From: Lingula anatina
Taxonomy: Eukaryota > Animalia > Brachiopoda
Reading direction: 5' to 3'
DNA: 64,000 bases
Assembly (NCBI GenBank): GCA_051362555.1
Contig: CM120642.1
Span: 28,272,001 to 28,336,000, forward strand
Positions 14,634 to 28,228 of this stretch are shown here, piece by piece (positions within the stretch are counted from its first letter, which is position 1; every line of letters starts with the position of its first letter). The position numbers and the translations under genes are program-made. The notes beneath the pieces are model-generated. The model searched no databases. It saw only the letters and a list, made by a program, of their open reading frames with translations, and was not told the DNA's origin.

Positions 14634-15987
14634 TTCTACAACACACCAACATTTTTACAAATAAAATCTACTGATCACAATTACGTTAGGTTTTATTCGT
14701 CCGCAGATCTAGATCCAGCAGAACGTTGAAATTCATTACTATCCAGTGTCATCACAACGCTCAGCTAGCCATGCCTTACTGCCCGCGGTCATTGTCGGTG
14801 TATTGTGACGACTGTGGTTTAACAGCTTTTTGATTACCCACTAAAACTACAGTTACAACGCTATGAAATTTCAAATAACTAAATAACGCTTATTTTATTT
14901 CATATACAGTTCTTATATAAATCAACTTCATTTTGCATATATGAGTATTTAAATTGGATAAAATATAACAGAAAATAATATGATATATCATATTTGTTGT
15001 TTGTGTAGGCTACTTGTACAGTGCGAATATATCAATGTTTGATCAGTTATCACTTGTTTATGAATAATCAGGTTAAGTGATAATAAAGTTCTTTTTTTAT
15101 AGTGTGCGAGGGTGCAAGTTATAAATATATATACATACTAGCTATTAATATACACACATATTTTTTTCTATTATCTAAAATATTGTTTGTTGCAGTATCT
15201 AAAAGGCGGGAGCAAAATGTCCTGAACAACGGATGGTATGGAGGAATAATTTCACGAGCGGGAGGGTACGTACATGATACATATGATAACAACATTTGCA
15301 TTTTGGTATTCAAATAAAATGTGTATCATCTTTACTTATTTTCATTGACTCATGAAGCCTCTTGTTGGTGCTCTAGCTCTATCTGCCAAGCAAACGTCGA
15401 TCCACCTGTTTCTGTAATTAAATTACATTCCCCGTTCAATTAATACGACTTAATGACCATTTCGCGGAATAATGACGTTCTCCTTATTTGTTACATGGAA
15501 AGATCGATAAAAGCAATTCCTAGATTGTGTTACATGAAAAACAACACAGTTCAAGGTTTTCTCGGATTTCCATTGCAAACATGTGTACAGTACGCCATGT
15601 TTCAAAAAGCAATTACTCTCATTTCTTTCTTCTTAATTGGAGCCTCTTAAGGCACTTGCTAGAACCAGTCGTGATGATATTAGGTAATCCATACATGTAC
15701 ATGTAGCCTCTTCCACAGCAGAGTTTCGTAGAACTATTACAAAAATTTCGTCTATTCTTTCATTTTGTATGCTACTTTAGAGGCCCCTGATATCAGAAGG
15801 CAGTTCACTACTGTGGCAGTTTACTTCTTTCCTTGCATACAAAAACATAATAATGAAATAACGGTCTAAAGGAATTATCTACCTAGCTTATTGGATTGAC
15901 GTATGAAATAGCAAAGTGTTCTATACGGTTCGTAACAAAATTACCAATAAAGGTCGAAGTAATACTGTAAAAAAGTGGACAATGATA

Positions 15988-16261
15988 ACTAGAAAAGCAC
16001 TCAGAGAGCGCAGACCTCCGCCAAGGCAGCAAAGTCTCCATCTAAGGCCGTTTCACCCCTAAATTTTCGATATTTTTGATTATTGATTGATTATTGATTC
16101 GGATCACCACCAAAAACTAATCACTTCTAAGTTAAACCATTTCTGACCTACCCTGAAAATTCCATCGAAATTCAGCCTTAACTTTTTGAGTTATGTTGAT
16201 GACAAACAAACAAACAAACAAACGAACAGGGGTGAAAACATAACCTCCCTGGCGGAGGTAA
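15988..16261 (+). mobile_element. Helentron-associated non-autonomous element (HINE/DINE-1-like), copy 1
   Basis: Starts ACTAGAAAAGCACTCAGAGAGCGCAGACCTCCGCCAAGG, has a (CAAA)n microsatellite and a 3' hairpin AACCTCCCTGGCGGAGGT that also forms the subterminal inverted repeat. A second copy is at 56379. Confidence 0.75.
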
Positions 16262-16335
16262 CAAAGCAAGTTTGTTAAATAAAAAAAAAATTCGAAACGC
16301 GTCTTGTAATGTTTTGTTTGATTCCCTCCACTTAT

Positions 16336-17672
16336 TCATATCACATCGCTGTACCGCAAAGCCAGAACAATTCCCAAGGCGGCCAAAGTACAGCAGATTC
16401 CAAGAAGTCCTATGAGAAAGGAGGCCACCTGTAGTCTCTTGGAATGGCGAAGGTTACGCTCAGATGTCTCTGGTCTAGTCGATGTACCTGAAACAAATAT
16501 GAGAATTGCTAAAACTCGAGAGTAACCTGGTTTTGCTAGGGTATAGTATAACCGGCAGGAAAGCGAGATTGATATGGGAATGTATAAAAACATACGTCAT
16601 ATTTATAAATAATCTCCTATAAAACCACATCCGAAACCAGTACATATTGTGTTAATTTGGGACATTTTTTCACTATTGTTTTTCATTCTTTCTGCTACAT
16701 AAAAGAGTCGTATCTTTTTTCATGCACTGTTAAAATACACGCATATGTACATGTATGTGTTGTGTGCGTCCATTAATCATTTATCATTTCCATGGTTTCC
16801 ATGCTTCAACCACGAAATGGTTAGAATACTCCAGATTTCCCAAAGCGACTACTGTAATCGGAAATGTGATAAATTTATGCGGTTGTTTTGCAGCTAGAAT
16901 ATAGGTCTTCGCTCTTCCCTATATTTTACAACTGTATAGAAACTAAAGAATGTGGATGTTCGAAACACCCGCGCGCGCGCGTGCACACCTACACATACAC
17001 ACACACACACACACATGCTGCACATCGTTTGGCGCTCGCGGATTTTTCTTTCTCGTTGTAAAACATAATTGTAGATGGCATTCACTTCTATATTAACATC
17101 AATGCTATTGTATCAAACATTGAGTTGATTAGCAAATATATTCACAAGTTATCTTGGTAATCTTAATTAAGTGAAGGATTAATTGGTTGCATTTACTTAC
17201 ATAATAATAGCAAAGAGAATGCTCCACACAAAGGGTTAATTAGACAGGAAATCGAGACCATGATCACTTGGGACTTCGATAATCTTTGCTTTGATTTTAC
17301 CTCTTTGACGATTGGGAAAGGAAACGTTGTGGATTTATAAGGAGGGCTATATACTCCCAGCTTTCCTAGTTCTTCCATTTTTATATCAGCGCTAATTTGC
17401 CCGGGACTTGTGACGTAGTTTTGCGAATCCGTGTCTGCGCTTGTTTTGATTGGTTCGTTCGAATGAGGTTTTGATGACAGCCCGCTTCCTGTTATTGTCC
17501 TTTCTTCATTTGTGATGTTCAGAATTGCATAGTTCTCAGATTCCATTTCCTGTTTGTCATTGTTAGTTGTTTGAAGGGGTACTGGAATCACTGTCTTCAT
17601 GCACGTAGTGGTACAAGTTGGACTTTCAGAAAATCCCATCGCGTCATCTTCATGTATCTTCTGCTTAATCAT
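16336..17672 (-). CDS. CD225/dispanin-family membrane protein, gene 2 (exons 17672-17201, 16487-16336; ~207 aa)
   Basis: Same phase-1 intron position as gene 1: ...YSPPYKSTTFPFP...SQVIMVSISCLINPLCGAFSLLLL|CTSTRPETSERNLRHSKRLQVASFLIGLLGICCTLAALGIVLALRYSDVI*. GT-AG sites present. A probable non-coding upstream exon has its donor at 19033-19038. Confidence 0.82.
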
Positions 17673-17867
17673 TGCCTCAATCTGAAACAAAAATTAAAAA
17701 AAAAAAAAAAACGTTAAAGGTAAAAAAAGGCTTCCTAAAGAGCTAAAAGTTAATTGAGGTAAATGAGTAGCCTTATATAACTCTAACAGTGTATGTCAAT
17801 TTTCTGTTTCTGTGTATTCTTTTTTTTCTCCATTTTTAGGCTTTGTAGCGGTACTCAAGACGTACCT

Positions 17868-17935
17868 ATGTACCGGTAATAGACGTACCCCCCCCCCCCC
17901 CATGTACCGGTAATAGACGTACCCCCCCCCCCCCC
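17868..17935. repeat. Tandem duplication atgtaccggtaatagacgta(C)n x2
   Basis: Directly visible in the sequence. Confidence 0.85.
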
Positions 17936-19374
17936 ATAAAGTGTCCTCCTGCACATCTACGTAGGCATATTTTATTTATAGGTTATTCGTGGAGAAAAGT
18001 CAACTGGATTCCATTAACTGGTATAGTTGCTAACCCCTTTCTCACACAACGGGTCAATTGTTTGGACCCGGAATGAAAGTATCACCGATGAAAGCTCTTA
18101 CAAATGAGGTATTCCGGATATGAAGAGCGGATTTATTTAAGTAACTTGGCATCCTTCAGGGATGGTCTTGTACATTTCTAATAATTTGAAAACATGTTTA
18201 CTTCGTCCCGAACGAAAAGGATCTTGTGGGCATGGTAACAGCTCAATCTCTGATGTGAATTGATTCTTTATTGTATTAATTGGCACGATTTCTGGGTAAT
18301 TTCTTACTGTCAAAGCTGAGCTGAGTTAAGTGACATTATTTACAGCTGGCTACTTTTTTCTTTCATTGAGTCCCATGTACATGTACTGACAGGTGTGCAC
18401 CAGTACGTAGTTGTCGGGGATAGCCCAAAGCTTCTCTCTGACCACAGGATCATCTGGTAGTCTGTTACAAAATATTGTATCGCCTTCACTGTCATTTTGT
18501 ACAATTATTTAGAGCCCCCCCCCCCCACCCCCCGGGATATCAGAGGTTAGGTTTATACCCTCTACCAGGTCCATTGATTGATTTTTCACTAGATATTCAC
18601 AGATAATATATCTGGCTTAATTTGGTAATCTTCTAACTGGCTGGTGGAAAATGTGCCTATCTGCCGCCCTGGTGGAGGGTAGGTTAATGCAGTTTATATT
18701 CACTCAAAGCTTCTTACGTGACTGTGCTAAATACTTTTAAGTACACTCAGGGCTTCAGCCACGGCTCTAAATTTTATAGATGTACAGTACGACACTCTGC
18801 AAAATTTTATTAAATCCGGCACTGCCACCGTTTTCCATGGCTAGCGACTATTATGCCTAATATTTAAATATTTTATTGTCGGTAAAAACAGTATCCCAAG
18901 AATACAAGCCTTCAGTTTTTCACACGAGGCGTATTTGTATGATGTGTTTGAATTCCCAATAATAAACCGACAGTTCGAGAACTTTTTTTTGCTTTCTATT
19001 GATCTTATTTACACGTCGTTATGCCACTGTATACTTACATGCTCGCCTCTTCCCAGATGAATCCTGCTTTCATGTTATGTTGAATCGTTCCGGTATTTAT
19101 GTGTTAAGTATTTCTATTTTGCCGCAAACAGGATATCCCAGAAGACATAAATAGAACAGTTCCAGGAAGTTATATTCAGGTCTTAAAGTGGTAATGGACA
19201 GATATTAATGGCGTATATGAGTGAGCAGACGTGTGTCGATGTATTAGTATTAGTAAGCTATCATTCTTGATTATTTCGATAATGTACTGGTACAACGCAC
19301 GGTGCAGTAATCGTTATTTGCTCAGTCGTAAGCTGTGATTAACCGATCACTGTCTTTTCACATACAGTACATGT

Positions 19375-19411
<37 letters not shown>

Positions 19412-19884
19412 TCTAGAATAGGAGAAGATTTGGTGAGAAAATTACAGATAGGATACCTTATAAGTTAGTTCATTTTATGAAATGACCATGATGCACCATG
19501 AACTGAAGAAGAAAAAATATCTAAAGATTGAGACTAATATGTTTAGAATAAAATTCTTTTATAAAGCCAGTCTCATGCAACTTTCTCTTAAGCAGTATAT
19601 CTGAAACCTGCTTAATTTTGACCAGAAATCGACTCAAACTCGTCACCAGAAGATCAACTCAACTCAAAAATACAAATCCATTTTATCCATCTGGTCCTTT
19701 TACGCATGTAAAGGTTTAACTCGTTTTAGACAAATTTTCGTGAAATTAATACTAGTAAGTTATAATTTGGGAAAGAAAATTAACAAAATCTTGCGTGCTG
19801 TCGATTTTATTTATACCCAGAAATATTGCACAAATTACAAAGCAGAGCTTTAAGTTAAATTGGCACAATATTGTGTATGTAGAA

Positions 19885-22800
19885 TTAATACGAAATTGGT
19901 TCAATTAACATATTTGCATGTGTTTTCCTCTTCAAAACGAGGTCAGCCAGAGCCTCGTATTCCTTCCATGCAGTGCTGCCCTCTCCATGGATGGGAAAAA
20001 TGGGATAGGTTTGACGGAGAGTGCCTACCCCGGGAATGTTTGGCAACTTCATTCTTATTCCGCCTTTACTCACGCTGCGGATAACTCCCTTCGGATCGAG
20101 CACGCCCTTTGGTTTTGCGTCGCCATACTGAAATTCGCACGATAAACATCTACTGTTGGTGAAAGCCATTACCATTTAATGCAGATATAGACTCAGCGGG
20201 TGACGTACGTAAGCGAAAATTAAGACATCTTCATTTGAATAAATCAATACAAATACAGGGTAGATAAAGTTATTCATAACATACAACGCGTTTAAAAACA
20301 ATCGATGAGACAAGACCAAATGACAACTGCCATACGCTGTTTTTTTATTATTATTTTGTCAATCGCTTACTGATACAAGTAGCTTGATCTCAAAAATTAA
20401 TTCTCACTGAAAAGTTTTCTGTCATATCTAATATTGCAGTCTGACAAGTAATCATTAGTTATTAGCTTATAAATTGTAGCCACACGCTAAATTCCACTAA
20501 GCGACAAACTTATTTAAGTATACCTTAGAGCTTCCGAAAAATTCACTAGGCGTACTGTAGTAAACGTATTCGCTGATCCCGTTGTAGGCTGTGGAGTTTG
20601 TAAACCTGCCTGTTCGCCCTTTGTCGTATACCGTTTTGTCATCATAACCTAATTAATTAAATATCAGAAACTTATAATCCATAATCCCGCTTCTGAGTCG
20701 ACATACATGTTCATGTATTAAAGTATTTGCAGAAGTTTTATTACTTATCACTAAATAAAAGAAATTCTTACTAATATCATAATGAAGAAAAAAATTAATT
20801 TAAGCGCAAACATTGGAAAATATACATGTACTTGTAAAACACACAGGGCAGTTACTATAAAAAATATGACATGAACCTACTCTTCATGTGCATGGTCAGT
20901 CCATATGGATTCCAATTAGCCAGTGGGTTAAGGTAGGTCACGAAAAGCGGAATGGCGTACGACCAACGCTGTTCATAACTTTTACATACTTTTTTCCCTC
21001 CAACAAAGTTGCAATCCTCAACCTTCATCCCTGCTACCTATACGAGATTAATACGACATAAATCATTGTAAAATGAGGACAAGGTAATATGATTTACTGT
21101 ACAATGCAATGTGTAAATGTATCTTTATTGCTGTATCTAGTATGATGTAAAATATATCCTTTCAATTTTTAAGAAGCTCTGCTACTGAAATACTTAAAGT
21201 ACGAGTATCTATATACATTACGTTTAAATTGACATATTCATGTCTATGTAAACACGTTTGAGATATCAAATCTTGATTCATCCAGTTGTACGTGGACATG
21301 TACTACATGTAATGTAGTAACCACGTGCTAGACATTGCCGTACAGCTGGTATGAGCTCCATCTGTACGTCAGTGTCTAGCATGTCATTTAATATTCCGTT
21401 CCTCAATGTTTGGGACATATTTCTCAAAGGCTCTTGTATTTTAATTATTAAATCCCCCCCCCCCCCCCCAAAAAAAAAAAAAATAAATAAATAAATAAAA
21501 ATAATAAAAATTAAAAAAAATAGCACTGCATGTATTTCAAACAAATCAATGGTAGGTTTCAATTAAAACCAACTGCGTCCATTAACGGCGTATTAATTCC
21601 CATATCAGAAATCTCTTGGAAACATTTCAATTTCAATTATCCAAAAATACATATCACTTAAAACATTAGGTCCTACCGACGGCTGTGATGTTTGTGCCAT
21701 GAAAACTGTGTTGTCAGAGAATCCTCTGTGGCGAGCTTTAAGACTCCCGGTTCCGGTCTGTGAGACCTTTGACCATCTGTGGTAAAACGCGGTGTTCAGC
21801 TGGATAAATGGATTGAAAAAAATTTTAATGTATTCATGAGAGCTAGTATATCCCCAACTAAAAGACATGTTCTAAAGGAGCAAAAATTGAGGGTGCTCCT
21901 TCAAATAGGTAGATTTTGAATCCCTAAATTATTTTCAAAGTATTATCGATGGCTCTATTTTTGTCATGTGAAATATTAGTAGTGATAAGAGCATAAATAT
22001 GTCAGGGGACTCCGAAGACCATCTAGACCATCAACATTAGACTTACAATTCAAAGGGGGCACGGTTTTGAATATGTCTTTACTTCATTCTCACCTTGGCA
22101 GCATTGTTGTTGGTAGCGGTAAAAGGGTGGGTTGGTTTGGAGAACGAATCGTCATACAACTTTCCGTCGTAGTTATTTGGACCTAGGAAAAAGAAAAAAT
22201 GTCAGGTGAACCAAGAAAATCTTTATCCGGCAACTACCAACTATAAGTTCCCAATCGAAGCAATCAGGTGGCTTTTAAAGCATACACTGGCTTTTAAAAC
22301 ATAGATGACTCTTTAAAGTTCTTAAAAAAAGATGCGCAACCATTGTAGAACGGAAAGGCAAGCACCTACAATCCAAAATAGTGAACTTCCCCCATTTTCG
22401 ATCACTGAAATTGGGGCTGCTTGGAGAACATATTTTTGTCCACTCTCACAAATAATATGCCACAAAGGAAAAGGCTGCAATATTCTAAATTGAATAACAC
22501 TGACAAATTAATTTGATTTTGTCTATTAAATATTGTCAAAGCCCCAACGTTGAAGGGGTGAGGGCGAGCAAAATTCTTTCTCTCAGTGGTCACAAGATCG
22601 GTGTTACAGGGGCTTCGGATATACTCTAAATTTAATCTACATAATTGCCTTTTTTCATGGCCATTTCGGCAAAATAGGGAATTTATACGGAATTCACAAT
22701 TTTAAAATTATCTAATTCTAGTTGTTCTGCAAATGTCTTTGTCCATTGAAAAAAAGGACATTATGTTGATAAGATGTGGTGCCCATGTTTGTTAAAATCA

Positions 22801-23151
22801 CACAATGTATAAGACCTTTCTACAGCGAGCAAAAATGAATAATTCTGGAAAATCTCAGCATGGTATGCCCTATCCAAAACCAATGAGAAAAAATTACGAG
22901 TTATAAACCTAATTTTATTAATTTCTAATTTATACCAGACTCCAACTCCATTACAGGAGGGTTTTTGTTACACAGCCTACCTGGGACCTGAGACATCAGC
23001 TGATCGAGGAATTCATAATCGGAGTCGTCGAACTCTGAATTTGCTTTCCATGGCCGATTCAGTGGGTTAAGCTGGAACCTGTGGATTTGTGATAAATATA
23101 TAAATCCGATGTAAAATGTTCACAAAGATAGTTAACAAATTTGTTTGGCTA

Positions 23152-23183
<32 letters not shown>

Positions 23184-26100
23184 TGGCGATATGCAATTTC
23201 AGACAATTTCAGATTGAATACCTGCCTGTCCAGAGTCCTAGTAGCTTTTGGATATACCTGCTAGTGCTTTATAAAAGAATTGTTTGTGACCCACAAATAT
23301 TCAAATGAATTTTAATTCATCATCTATTTAGCAATACTCATTTAAATTTTGCATACTACAACGTGTACCACCTCTGTGGCTTTGTCTGAATGACACTGAA
23401 CCTTAGCAATCAATATAGAATAATGCCCTAAAATTTAATAATCTGAAAGTGCAAAGAAACGGAGAAGGGAGTGTCTGACTTTTTCATAACAACATGCACT
23501 AACTTGGCTGTATCACTACGTGAGAGTTGAGCCACAGTCCATTTCCTTGGTGTCCGCATACTCAAGTCATCAGCAACACGGAAGGTGCTGATGGGGATGT
23601 CTTGCTTCACCGGGTGACACAGAACTCTGTAGTCCCACGTAGCAAACACGGGTTTACCGTTCTCAAAGTCGACGATAGACGTTGGTCTAAAGGTATGTCT
23701 GTAAGATTTAAAAATGGCATATCAAGCCATGGATAGATATACACACACTGGACAAAAGAAGTGTCACCCCCTAACTCAGAGTAAGAAAAGTAGGCAGATC
23801 TTGGGTACTTATAATGCCTGGTCTACTTATAATGTGACTAATGAGTATAAAACCGCTATACCATGGAATTGTATTGTTAGTCTTGTACATGTACAGCAAA
23901 TGTCATTCCTGTCTTCCTCCAATATGGCAAGATACAGGCAATTATCTAACGGTTATAGGTGCAAGTTATTAACCTGAAGAGGCGGAATATAAGCAATGTC
24001 AGAATATCGATACAACTGAATTGTTCAGTCAGAACCGTGCAGATGGTCTGGTCTCGGTATAAAAACACTGGATCAAGAGACAAATTGCCTCTAATGGGTC
24101 TTCCAAGAAAAACTACTGGCCGTGAAGACCGACGACTGATTTTGATGCCCAGGTTGTCAAAGTTCGACATTGCTTGTCAGTTGACAACACAGTGGAACAA
24201 TTTCACACATAAGACTGTGTCTGTGAAAATTGCTAGGCGTCGGTTACATGCTCATAGAGTGTACAGCAGGGTAGCAAGCCTGAAACCTCTTAAATCGTTA
24301 CAAAACAGACAACGTAGAGTGAACTAGGGTCAACAGAATCTGGAACTGGACAGTCCATGACAATTGGTCCTATATATTTTTTCTGATGAGTGTCGCTATG
24401 GTCTGACCTCTGATGACAGACGGGTTTGATGCTGGCAAACTGCTGGTAAAGCATTTGAACTACATGCACTGAATTTTCGAACCCTGAGCAGCATATTCAT
24501 CATGGTGTGGGGCTGCATCAGCAACCATGGCTTGGGCGAATTGATAGTGGTTGATAGAAACATGAATCACTAGAAATATATCGATGTTTTGGAGTCAGGC
24601 TTGCTACCATCTATTACTAACATGTTTGGTGACAGGAATTATCCGTTTGTTCACCAGGATGACAACGCTCCTTGTCACAGGCCCAGAGCAGTTGATGATT
24701 GGTTTGAACAACAGGACATTCGCAGGGTGATGTGGCCTGCCCAGAGTCCTGATGCAAACATAATAAAAATATGTGGAATGATATGTCAAAACTTTTTACA
24801 AATGCCCGTCTAACCAGCAGATAAACTCTATTATATTCAGTGTTTCATTCTTGGGCCAGCATAAGTCCTGAACGCATCAGACAATTATATGAATCCTTGC
24901 CTCGTATACTGGCACCTATTATTAGGTCACGTGGCTATGCCACTAAGTAATAATTTTGGACTTAAAACTGCATATTTTGGTAGAATGTATATTTTGTTCT
25001 CATTTTGTGATTTTTCGTGAAATTTGATGTTAATAAAATGATACAAGGAGCATATCATTCCACAGTCATTTATCTCCCCCATAGTATTGGCTCAGTAGGG
25101 GTGACACTTCTTTTGTCCAGGGTGTGTATTTATGTCATACTTGAGGGGGGAGGGGTTATCTTAATGTATGTATTTTCAATGACAATTTCTTTGTACAATA
25201 CTATATTAAAAAGTTTAAAGATATCGTATTTAAGTTAATATCTAAAAGACATATTCAAAAAGAACTGGAATACTTAAACCGAATTTTTTAAAGACTCACC
25301 TCTCTACTGGAATGGCTCCGCTGTAGGCTTGGTACCGGGCGCGTTCCTCGTTGGATAAAAAGGACCTTTAACAAAAAAGTTAATAATAAGCATAAGAAGT
25401 TTATTGATTTCAAGGCAACAACGGCTTGAAGCTTCACAAAGATAATAATAATTTTTTTAAATAGTTATACATGTACTTAAAATAAGATATATTAATATGT
25501 TTTCTAAAAGCTGGTAAAACGGAATTTGCAATGTTCAGGATGTTAGGTGAACTTATATTCCAGTGGCAGTTAGGCCGTTTCGAAAGCTTTAAATATATTA
25601 CAATTAACAATGCTTGTCTCTTTTTTTCTGAAAAAAAAAAAAAAAAAAAACGAATGTGTAGACAGAATCTATTTACTGTGAAAAAGGCAGTTTGTCGTCT
25701 CCTTGACTCTTCAGCCATTTGCCTTCAAGGTAGCAAAGAATAGGTTTGAAGTACTTTCTGTAATCCCGCACTTTGTAATTCTGGTCCCTCCAAGCCTTGA
25801 ACCATTCTTTCATCTCAGCGACCTGCTCTGGCACAGTCTTTTTGGCTAAGACCTACAATAAAAGCTTGGGTGTCTGTTAAACGATATACGACCCAAACAC
25901 GCTGGATTTTAGTGTTAGGCAACATACCTCATGTTAGCTAAATAGGCATACGTAGTAACGTTACCAATTTGGTGTTTCTTATAGAAAGAGCCCTTAAATT
26001 ATAGAAGGGGTTTGATGAATAGCAATATGCGAAATAAATATAAAGGCTAGATATACTAGCTAGTAATTATAGCTCTAGAAAAACACCTAAAATCGAAAAT

Positions 26101-27509
26101 TAACCCGATGGCCCACGTTGGCATGATAAGGGTTCATTCAAATAGTAAAATGAGAACTAGAGTGAAGGTGTTACACACAGCATAGATGCCCTGTGCGTGT
26201 GTCAAAACAATTAAATTACCTGTGGTGGCACTGCCGGCAGAGGCAGTCTTCGGAGTGGACTTTTGAACGTTTGACCAGGCCTGTACAATATTGTTTTTTG
26301 AGAAGCCATGCGAAACTCAACTCCGTTAATCACGGCACTGGTGCCAGTCGTGCCAAAAGAATCCCTTGCCTGGGTAAATGGATACAGGCCGCCTGCCACC
26401 CAACTCACGGTGTGACCTGAAAGAACCAAATTAATATCGATCGAAAAATAATCTCCCTGCTCCTGCGAACATTGTGCAGGTTTTGAGAAACTTCTTAGAG
26501 AAATCCCCATGTGCGTCCTTTGTGTCCTTTGGGCAACTTGTCTTGTGCAATCTACAGCAACGAGCACTGCCATGGCGCCTCAAAGGTTGACGCGCAGAAT
26601 AGCAGCTGCCTTTCCGGCACAAATCCCCGACCAATTTCCCCTCTTTTGTGAAATCAAAAAACAAATACAATTCTTACTGGGGTACTACATGTATTTCTTA
26701 CTTGATGTATGGTATGGCCTTGTTCCAATGGTACTCCATCTCGCCTGTTTTATTCCTGAGCCGCCGTCTGTTCGTGTGCGTTCCGCTATGAACATCTGCT
26801 GGAGCTGGAGCTGACGCAGTAAGATATCTACTTTCTGCGTCAGTTTTTGCAGCTTTTTCTCACACACGGTTGGGATGGTAACTGCCCTCTTCTCTGCGAG
26901 AGCGAGACCGCCGAGGTATACGGCCAATAAGGCTAAAAGCACCTTCTGTAAGGTAGACAGACACTTTTTAAAATTATAGTTTAATACCGTTAAATTAACA
27001 GACACATATGAATATTGTTGACCGTTTTGTAAAAAATATTTTTATTCTAAAAAGAATTATTTGTAAATTATTTGTGAAAAAATCTATCGTATCTGTATCT
27101 ATTGTATCTGATACTATTAGCCTTCCCAAAATATTATGTGAATATTAAAATAGCCGTTGCACATAAGACATATAATAATAATAATAATATAATAATAAGA
27201 ATACGTGTACCAGTATCAAGTTGCTCCTGCTGCCGTATACTTCTTATATCTAAGTTTTCAATTTATCGATAAACAGTACATGTACTTTATCAGCATTATA
27301 ATAACAACGAACTTTATTAATGAAAACATATCAAAAGCTGTAAACTTTATAGGCCCGATGCAGACGTTATTTGGTTTCATGTTCATATCAGCATTTTACC
27401 GATTTTTTTTCAATGTCAATGAAAAACATGAATCTTGAACGCGCCTTTTTTTAAATATGAGCTATTGAAAATTTAAATATAGTATGGAATATAGTGAGAT
27501 ACCTACCAT
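19885..27509 (-). CDS. Uncharacterised secreted protein, paralogue A (571 aa, 12 coding exons)
   Basis: Exons 27509-27507 (ATG only), 26945-26702, 26416-26220, 25852-25677, 25365-25300, 23698-23504, 23078-22981, 22182-22094, 21799-21677, 21037-20881, 20648-20524, 20127-19885. All GT-AG with consistent phases, 1716 nt in total. Signal peptide MKVLLALLAVYLGGLALA. AATAAA at 19811-19806. Confidence 0.88.
23742..25126 (+). mobile_element. Full-length but decayed Tc1/mariner DNA transposon in intron 5 of paralogue A
   Basis: TIRs of ~28 bp, CACAC(A/C)CTGGACAAAAGAAGTGTCACCCC, with TA on both flanks. Transposase remnants at ~23923-24950 include HTH (GLPRKTT..EDR), FSDECRY, HQDDNAPCH and WPAQSPDANII, broken by frameshifts and stops. 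Confidence 0.92.
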
Positions 27510-27644
27510 CTTTGGAAAGACCTACGGCACCCACTCAGTGGCACACCGACTCTGTCGTTCTCACTATATCGGGGTTAGGGGTTGAAAACCGTGAACCCCT
27601 GGACGAATTTAATCTCAACATCATGTTTTGCGAGGGTTGTGCAA

Positions 27645-27710
27645 GGGAGATGGTTTACCAGGTCAGCTAGAGCCTCGTATTCCTTCCATCCAGTGTTCCA
27701 GGAATGTCTC
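27645..27710 (-). pseudogene. Relic of the last exon of a fourth paralogue
   Basis: aggtcagctagagcctcgtattccttccatccagtg matches the last exon of A/C. On the minus strand it reads IPG fused by a deletion to TGWKEYEALADLV. Confidence 0.75.
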
Positions 27711-28228
27711 ACTGACCCTGTATATATTTGACATATTTTGAGTAGTTGTATTTATTTGTGTATTTATTGTGTTTGGCAAATTACAGTCTACAAACTCGTT
27801 TTTGTTTAAATTTCTCATTTATAGCATCACGAGTAAAATTCACAGTAAATCACGTTTCAGTTGGACATGTTTCTCAGCAATGGTTTTACCGGCCGTCGAT
27901 TTCTAGTAGTTTTGATTTGTAGCATCTTAGAGGACATAAACGCTGAGAAACAAAATATCTCTTTACGTCTACCGGCCTAGTATTAACAATTACAGCAACA
28001 TTGGGCTGTCTCCCAAAGAAGACGTTCCTTGAGTACACTGTTATCTGTCCCAAGCATATGTTGGTCCTCGCATGCATGATGTTGAGATTAAGTCCGCCCC
28101 CAGGCACACCGTTTTCAACCTCTAACCACATGATAATGCCGTTGACAGACTTCGGTGCCACATCGGAAAGATAAAACTGGCCACGTTAATACCTCGAACT
28201 GTTACTCTGGTGGTTGCCGTATCCTAAG

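Noticed and set aside
15340-15412. Possible alternative last exon for dispanin gene 2 (CGSTFAWQIELEHQQEAS*)
   Set aside because: Phase-compatible, but short, lacks a TM segment and has no independent support.
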